DNA of 55,746 nt, filler included, from Jimgerdemannia flammicorona (Eukaryota): assembly GCA_003990765.1 (NCBI GenBank). It is 2 parts of 2 records of this genome, joined end to end, with 100 filler letters (N's around TTAATTAATTAA, not from the genome) between each part and the next. Parts side by side here need not be neighbours in the genome. Positions count along the whole stretch, not along the records: positions 27,933 to 55,746 come from RBNJ01000597.1; 1 more part is not named here. One strand, given 5' to 3'. Below the pieces are notes generated by a model that was not told the DNA's origin, did not search any database, and saw only the letters and a program-made list of their open reading frames with translations. Positions within the stretch are counted from its first letter, which is position 1; the number at the start of each line of letters is the position of its first letter. The position numbers were made by a program, and so were the translations under genes. Below are positions 48,218 to 55,746 of the stretch, piece after piece.

Positions 48218-50458
48218 GTATCATTAAATTGCTTGGCTATACCATTTTTCTGAGGTATATAAAGAGCTGTCATCTGATGGCTTATGCTATATTTTATCAA
48301 GAATTTTTTGAATATATTATTGATACATTCATATCCATTATCTGAGTATATAGTACATATTCTATATCATATTTAATTCTCAGCAATTGCTTTGAATTCT
48401 TTGAACTTCTCTATAACTAGGCTCTTCATCAATGGAAAATATACATATTCCTTATATAATTATTGATAAACAACAGAAAATATTTCTTACTGGAGTATTA
48501 TAGAATACACATTAGACTGCATATATTGGTGTGGATGAAGTCAAGAATCTCTGAGGCATACTTCAATTATTCTTTGAATGCTTACTAGAAAGCTTTGTTT
48601 TTCATACATATCTTATAAAAGTTATTCTCTGGATATATATATGCTGGCAATTCACTCATCAAGCTACTACTTATCAAATATTTGAGGCTTGTCTTGCTGA
48701 TATGTTCTAAGTATTGATACCATATTATGGATATATCAGACATAGTTGTTATATAAGTGAAGGCTTTTATGTTATTCAGTATTCTATTAATTATATAAAG
48801 ATTACCATATTTTGAGACTGTCATCATCTTGTTATTATATAAATCATATACTATAGAACTCTTTGAATATATATAGATCTCCTTATTATTACGAGTCTTT
48901 ATTTTATCTTTAGAGAAGAGGTTCTTTTCTATCTTCAGAGTATACAATATATTTACAAAAGTAGAAGCAGGCTCAATAACATTGCTCTAAAGATGTATCC
49001 CTATATTTTCTTTTTCTTGAGTGTAGATGATATTATTATCTCCTTATTTGATAGGTATAGGATAAAAAAAGGCTCATATTTAGAGAACAATTTCCTATAT
49101 AGTATTATATAATATGTATATGGCTCCAGAATCCATTAGCCAGACATTATTATTATTAGATATATTGGCAGTATATTTATTGGATATATGGCTGATATTA
49201 TTACCACCTTTCATTAGATGAAAAGTATTTTGCTTTTTCTGTTGACCAGAATTTGTTGATAATGGGTAGGTGGATTTAGTAGTAGATCTTGTACTGATGA
49301 AATTGGCAGTAGAGCTGATAGCTTGTACATAAAATAGATTACTACTTCATTAGTTTCAGTAGTATTTGCATTATCATACTTTTCTTGATAGATTATTCCA
49401 CTATTCCTATATTGCTAATGTTGGCCTTTTTCACTCTTATTTTTAGTACTCTTCTTGTTATTTTTCCAACTATATAATGCTGCTTCCTGTGTTCATACTT
49501 GGCACAGTATTTATAGTAACTATTATACTTGGTTGATTGATTGATAGGCTGGTTATTACATTTGTTGAGCTTAGAGTTGAGTTCATCCCCTTCAGCCTTA
49601 TTGCTCATACTTTTGACCTTGTTTAGCACCACATTTATGAGATCTATAGAAGGTATTTTTGTCATCTTCAGCAGTACTATTTCCTAGGTGCATTTTGTCA
49701 TTTATGAGACTTATTATTATATAGGTATAATCTATGAGTCTACTACTCTCATATAGTCACTACTATAATAATACATATCTGAAAGTCCTTTTGTGAGTAC
49801 TATAACCTTGTCTTCATTCTCAATGCAATCCACAGATGCAGTGAGGGAATTCATTTGATTTACCAGACCATCAACATAACTGGCATATTCATAGATATTC
49901 TTCTTAGACTTCATTTGAAGATTGAATAGCTGAGCTTTCAAGTGAAACTGATTTGATGCAGCTGTTTGGACATGATGATTGTATAGGACTTCTCATGCAT
50001 TATGAGTCAATGATATTACAAGCTTTATTAGATAATTTAACAATATAAATATAATCTTACATAATGCTCAGTGATTATTTGTAGTATCATAATCTTGAAT
50101 TAGTACTTGTAGCTTCATATACTCTGCCAAGCTGCATTTGTCAAGGAGATTTATCTTATAAAATACTCAGATCATATAATCTTTCCCATCTAAGATCAGG
50201 ATGGACCTCTTGGCTATATTTACACTTATAACTAAAACTGTTTTTCCTATACCTATTAAGGATGCAGGGGAACTTCGAAATTGCCTGCTTAAATTTGTGG
50301 CTTTGAAAATGCAATCTGACTCAGGACTGACCAGACTGACCTTGATTTGGCAGGCAGCAGTCCAGCAGTCTGGCAGTCCAGTGAGACAATAGTGACGAGC
50401 CTTCATTATGAGCAAGCAAGTGATGGTATTCAGTTAATAATAATATAGTATTCTGACA
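48218..50458 (-). mobile_element. Ty1/Copia remnant (gag-PR-IN), cut in the integrase where Gypsy-2 ends; possible 5' LTR ~50184-50458
   Basis: LKAQLFNLQM...EDKVIVLTKGL (gag), WLMDSGA (PR), IWYQYLEHIS (pre-integrase), SDNGYE...YIPQKNGIAKQFNDTI (IN). LTR bounds are low confidence. Confidence 0.8.
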
Positions 50459-52214
50459 GCAGTCCGGTGAGAAATTTCAGATAAGAATTAGTAAGTGATG
50501 TAACAGACACCAAGATGCTGTATACCACTCACCAAACTACTATTATTCATCTACAACAAGACTGTTCTAAGGATGTGGTCACTGCCTTTATTCTGCATCA
50601 GCAATAGTCTATGATAATTGACTTGTTGGATCTATGACATCAACAAAATATTGACAGCTCAGATACAGCCACTCTTCTGCCATAAAGTTCTGTACCAGAC
50701 CAGATATATATATTGTCAACTTCTGCCCTGTTAGTGTGCTCACCAACCCATAACCCATCAATCAAAAAATATCTCTTCTTGTTCATCATTGATCTCTTCT
50801 TGATCCCACACAGACTGCATACCACTTGATGTCCTGCACAACCTAGCTATGGCCAGCCTATGCCAGCTATCCCCTGGACACTGCTATTGGTACATTTGCA
50901 AGCTTTTTCACTGTCTCCAGCCATAGGCCTGCACACTGATGCTGTAGTCTTCGTATATCACACATGCACACACATACTCTAGCTGTATCTTAGATACCTA
51001 TATTATATAATAATAAAAAAGAAGAGATTGATGGACAGATTGCAGGGTCGGAATATTTTATGCTCAACCCTGCCAAATCAGTAAAAATGTATATATATGC
51101 TGTACAAAAAAATATACTGCAATCCAAACATCACTGATTTACATACCTGCTTTCACAAATACCATACGAATCCTATTGATATACAAACCCAATCATCATT
51201 ATAGCAAGTCTTCATTTGTATATATGTGCATGTGTATAGAATAGATCAACAGCAGCAACAAGCTGGGTAATGGCAAGGAGATTTCGGTGGCTGCATTGTA
51301 CTTACAATGGCAGTGAACAGGATAGGAGACAAGGGTGGTTGACCAGGAGACAGCACATCTCATGGTTCACAGAAGGGCAGGGAAGATAGTCTCAGAACAG
51401 TAAGAAATACCTGGATTAATAGATAATAGGCCTTGGAACTATTGTCAGAGCATTAGAATGAAATGTGCATGACTGTTCAGGCATACAGGTGTCTGCTATA
51501 TGTCAAAGTAACTTTCTGTAGAGAGCTTGTATAAGATGACATGTTTAATTCCTGGATAATGTGAATCAGACAATAATTAAACTAAGTAATATCTAGAAAA
51601 TTGATGAATGATATAGGTAGATACCAAAATTCAACACTTATGATAGAGTTAGGAAATGGAAATCACCAGAGGACATCAACCTCTTCTCTTGAATAAAATG
51701 CTATTTTGCCTCACTATTATAGACAATATATGGGCATTAGTATGATATTGTCAATCATTTCAATGATATACATGTACATCATACCTAATTACTGCCTGGT
51801 ATGCAGGCTGAAGGTTATTGTTATGATTCTTCATCTGTCATCACAATGATGAACCTCCCCTACTATCATGCCAATCCCAAGTACTGATGGAATAGATAGA
51901 GGACTGTGCAGATACAGATCCAGAATGATGATAGATTAACAGGATAAACCTCAGTACATTGTTCATTCTATTAGTGTTATTTCATTACTTACATTAGCTT
52001 TAGATAGTATATATCAGGATAATTCTCAGTAACCCTCAGCATTCTATTTTGTAGTAATTGCTGTTTCACCTCACTGTTAAAAATAAGACAGTTATTAATA
52101 TAATCCTACTATGTTACTTGATGACAAACTGTACTCAATTACTTACTTGATTTGTACTTAGTATACTGGTTCAAATCAGTCAATAAAGGTTTGCCAGCTA
52201 AATTGCAAAAACTT

Positions 52215-53100
52215 CTATGTATCCTCACACTGCAGTGCTCCATTCACCAATATATCATTATTGGTAGTGATGGTGGATAGAGGGCTGTGCATGAATGGAG
52301 CAGATATACTGAAGGTGGGCATATGACCAATCTGTGTATAAGCTGTAGTTGGGCCATGTCTTATATATATGTTTGGCATACTATTGATAATTACTGCACT
52401 TTTTTTTAGCAGCCTTTTGGACTCAGGTTCGTGGATCCTGGGATTTGTGTGTTCAGCTGACAGAAGAACCAGGCTGCAGCAGGTAATTGAATGCATTGGT
52501 GTGAGTTACAGAAATACTTATGTATATAGCAATATTGACAAATACACACCATTTTAGATCTGGCCCATTTGGACTGTGGCAAACAGTCAGGCTCATCCAG
52601 CTTGCATTTTGGTGGTACTGTGCTGCTACTACTAGTACCATTGCCATCAATATAACTGCAAAGGCTGTCAGAGTGCACCAGCTTTGGCAGATGGGTGGTA
52701 TTCTGTACTGCCCAAGCATCCATGAGTGCTTTCAGTTGCAACCGAAAATATTGATCATCCAGGTGTATTGAAATCTCATTTAGTATCTTCTGTTGTACCT
52801 TTTGGGATGAAGGTGGATACATATCCTCTATCTGGATACCTTCATCCTGATATTGGATAGCAATTGTCTATTTATGAGTACTAGCACAGATTTTTATGGC
52901 CTTGGTAAATTGGCCTTTGGAATCATGAGGTGGGAGCCCACAACTTGCTGCCCTGTCATAGGGGGTTGGGCTCAGACATGATTGGATCTTATTGACTTTG
53001 GGCATAGTAATAGATGTTTGTATAGGAGCAGAGGTGGTTGGTATAAATAACCTTTTTTTGAATACATTGATCTAAGCCACTGGCTAAATACTGTCAGAAC
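52215..53100 (-). pseudogene. Degenerate coding remnant of unknown type, possibly a DNA-transposase C-terminus
   Basis: Overlapping ORF fragments 52406-52822 and 52215-52496 with Cys/His clusters; no diagnostic motif. Confidence 0.25.
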
Positions 53101-53393
53101 CATGTGATGTCATGATAATTTCTTATATTGCCCACCAGGTAAAATGGAGGGTGTGAGCCAGAGCACCAAGATGGGCATCTCTATAATGGTCCCTGTAACA
53201 GGAATCACAGTCCCTGCATAAGCGCAGTCAAAAGGACAATCCCAGATGGATTCAAGATGATGAACATGGTCATTACCAGCCGAGGTGGTGAAGAAGCCTG
53301 CTAATGGTGACAACAAAGTTCTCCCTGATGGCAGAGATGATTCTCCCAGGCAAAGGCAACAACAAAGTCCTTCCAGGTGGCAGACAAAGTCCT

Positions 53394-53527
53394 TCCTGGT
53401 GTTTGAGGTATTTACGACAAGTTTTCCCTAGTGTTCGAGACATTTATGACAAGTTTTCCCTGGTGTTCAAGGTATTTATGACAAGTTTTCACTGGTGTTC
53501 GAGGCATTTATAACAAGTCCTCCCTGG
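53394..53527. repeat. 32-bp tandem repeat, ~4 copies
   Basis: Unit ccctggtgttcgaggtatttatgacaagtttt. Confidence 0.85.
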
Positions 53528-53814
53528 TAGCAGAAGGTGATTACGACAAAGGCACCTGCTCAGGTGTTTGAGGCAATCACAAAGTCCTCCTGGTGGCAGA
53601 AGGTGACTATGATAAAGGCGCCTATGGCAATTATCACAAGTCCTCTCAGGCAGCAGACAAACTCTCTGATATTCGAGGCAAATGCCAACAAGGTCAAAGT
53701 GTGGAGGAGGCAAGAAACACTGATAAGGTCCTAAGCCAAGAAATGCCGACAAGGTCCTAAGTATGGATGAGGCCACAGAAAAGGCCAACAAGGTCGCCAA
53801 TGGGTGTGGTCACA

Positions 53815-54423
53815 GTGCAGTTCAATGCATTCATCATCCAGAGCAGAGATGACATGCTCAAAAAGAGGCAGAAATGGCTCGCCGGCATCGCCGAGGACAC
53901 GAGGCTCCAGCAAGAATTCGAATCCTATACAAATCAAGAGCCTGTCCTCTCGTGTACTATGGAAAAGGAGTATAAAGAGGTCACCAAGGTCAGCAGCGCA
54001 ATCAATGAGTTCTCGTGGCAGAAGTTGGCTATGGAGGAGTGTTGGAACGCATTGCAGGCGCAAGTCAACATACTCAGAGCTGAGCTGAGGAGAAAGAGAG
54101 AGGCTAAGCAGGCAGCGCAACATATACTTGAGGTACAGCGGGGCAAGAATGAGCCTGAGCTTCAATTTTTTGAGGACAAGCTTACAATGCAGATCATTGG
54201 GATCAAGGAGGATGTCCTCTCCTTCATGTTTACACATATCGATGATAAGGACTATGATCACAAATTCGCATTCATGATCAACATTAGCGAATGGGAGTAC
54301 AAAGTCATCAAGTGCACTCCGCCTATTGCAAATCTGCAGGAACTGATAGACATACTGAACTGAACCAGAGACTTCTATGCATTCCTCAAGTACATGCACA
54401 AGGCATTCAAGGATCAGTACTAG
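53815..54423 (+). pseudogene. SPC25: Kinetochore Ndc80-complex subunit Spc25; intronless, apparently 5'-truncated, premature TGA at 54361
   Basis: Coiled coil followed by NEPELQFFEDKLTMQIIGIKEDVLSFMFTHIDDKD...EYKVIKCTPPIANLQELIDILN*TRDFYAFLKYMHKAF, typical of the fungal Spc25 C-terminal RWD domain. Confidence 0.82.
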
Positions 54424-54709
54424 GCATTGAAGTGCAGGTAGTGGGGATCAGTGTGGATGGAGGAGATGCGTCATAAAGGTGGAGGGTGTAGGGCAAGGGG
54501 ATGCAGGGTATGTAGTGGGAGGATCAGTGTGGGTTAAGGGGTACATGTAATGCATATAATGGTGTTGTCTCTCTTTATTATTTATTCTGTACAATTATCT
54601 GCACGTTTTTATCATTTCCCATTTACTTGTCTCCTATTTTTATTTCCTTTGACTCCATCTCTTTCAAATTTTTCATCACTAGATATCCAATTTTCAGGCG
54701 AGCTATCGA

Positions 54710-55490
54710 AATGGATGGGTAAGATGGCAAGATGGCAAGATGGCAAGATGGGCAACATGGGCAAGATGGGCAAGATGGGTAAAACGACACAGGCAAGACA
54801 GGTAAGATGGGCAAGACAGGCAAGACAGGCAAGACAGACAAGACAGGCAAGACAGGCAAAATGACAGGGGCAAGACAGGCAAGATGGGTAAGACGGGCAA
54901 GATGGGCAAGACAGGCAAGACAGGTAAGATAGACAAGACAGGCAAGACAGGCAAGATGGGTAAGACAGGTGAGATGGGCAAGATGACAAGATAGGTGATA
55001 CAGACAAGACAGGCAAGATGGGCAAGATGAGTAAGATGGGTAATACAGGTGAGATGGGCAAGACAGGCAAGATGGCAAGATGGGCAATATGGGCAAGACA
55101 GGCAAAATGGGCAAAATGACATTGGCAAGATGGGCAAGATGGGCAAGATGGGCAAGATGGGTAAGATAGGCAAGAAGGGTAAGACAGGCAAGATGGCAAG
55201 ATGGGCAACATGGGCAAGCAGGCAATACGGGCAAAATGACACAGGCAAGATGGGCAAGATGGGCAAGATGGGCAAGATGGGCAAGATGGGCAAGATGGGC
55301 AAGATGGGTAACACAGGCAAGACAGGTAAGACAGGCAAGACAGCAAGACAGGCAACATGGGCAAGACAGGCAAAATGGGCAAAACGGGCAAGATGGGCAA
55401 TATGGGCAACATAGGCAAGATGGACAAAATGGGCAAGACAGCAATATGGGTGACATGGGCAAGACAGACAAAATGGGCAAAACGACATGA
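54710..55490. repeat. 9-bp minisatellite (GGGCAAGAT / AGGCAAGAC) with higher-order variants
   Basis: ~780 bp array; variant (ggc)aaaaYgac recurs near 54780, 54856, 55111, 55231 and 55478. Confidence 0.92.
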
Positions 55491-55715
55491 TCTATGAGTA
55501 GATGTTACATACATTGTTTACATCCTTCACCTATGAGTGGGTTATGGTACATTTCTGTGGGTATTACAGAACACTTTCCGACCCATGAAAATTCCTAGAT
55601 AGTTGTAATTCTGGGTTATATATAGTTCTAGTTTTTTGCATGCGTTGTATTGCTTTTTTATTCTAGTTTGCATTTTATTGCAGGTTTCAATTCTTTTTTT
55701 GGAGTATGTGTTGTA

Positions 55716-55733
55716 TTTTTTTTTTTTTTTTTT
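55716..55733 (-). repeat. poly(T) tract, possibly the tail of a minus-strand retroelement beyond the window
   Basis: T run at the window end. Confidence 0.4.
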
Positions 55734-55746
55734 GGCATATATATCT

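Noticed and set aside
53394..53527. CRISPR-like 32-bp repeats
   Set aside because: Head-to-tail with no spacers, no cas genes, eukaryotic context
53731..54399. 222-aa minus-strand ORF
   Set aside because: Antisense to the Spc25 pseudogene
54550..55514. Long ORFs (261-300 aa; LPI, CPS or AHL repeats) as metallothionein-like or other proteins
   Set aside because: By-products of a 9-bp repeat that lacks stops on the minus strand; open in all three frames

Overview
A eukaryotic, repeat-dense window, most likely from an early-diverging fungus such as Mucoromycota/Glomeromycotina (inferred from gene and TE families). Two contigs are joined by an artificial N-TTAATTAATTAA-N spacer at 27833-27932. 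The left contig holds a tandem, partly inverted, apparently endonuclease-less Penelope-like retroelement and four copies of a ~1.2 kb poly(A)-tailed non-autonomous retroposon with 14-18 bp TSDs. One of these copies carries a 5'-complete U6 snRNA fragment and disrupts a host exon; another is split by a complete Ty3/Gypsy element with a dUTPase and 1.55 kb LTRs. The left contig also has a CpG-rich island of multi-exon host gene remnants and the 5' part of a young L1/Tx1-like LINE. The right contig is a deep nest: a Copia remnant abuts a second dUTPase Gypsy, which contains two Ngaro/DIRS tyrosine-recombinase elements, one carrying a 2.06 kb solo LTR. It ends with an intronless Spc25 pseudogene and a 9-bp minisatellite. 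The most notable signal is an uncharacterised accessory protein family encoded in the U3 of two unrelated LTRs, with a third homolog just downstream of the second Gypsy's integrase.
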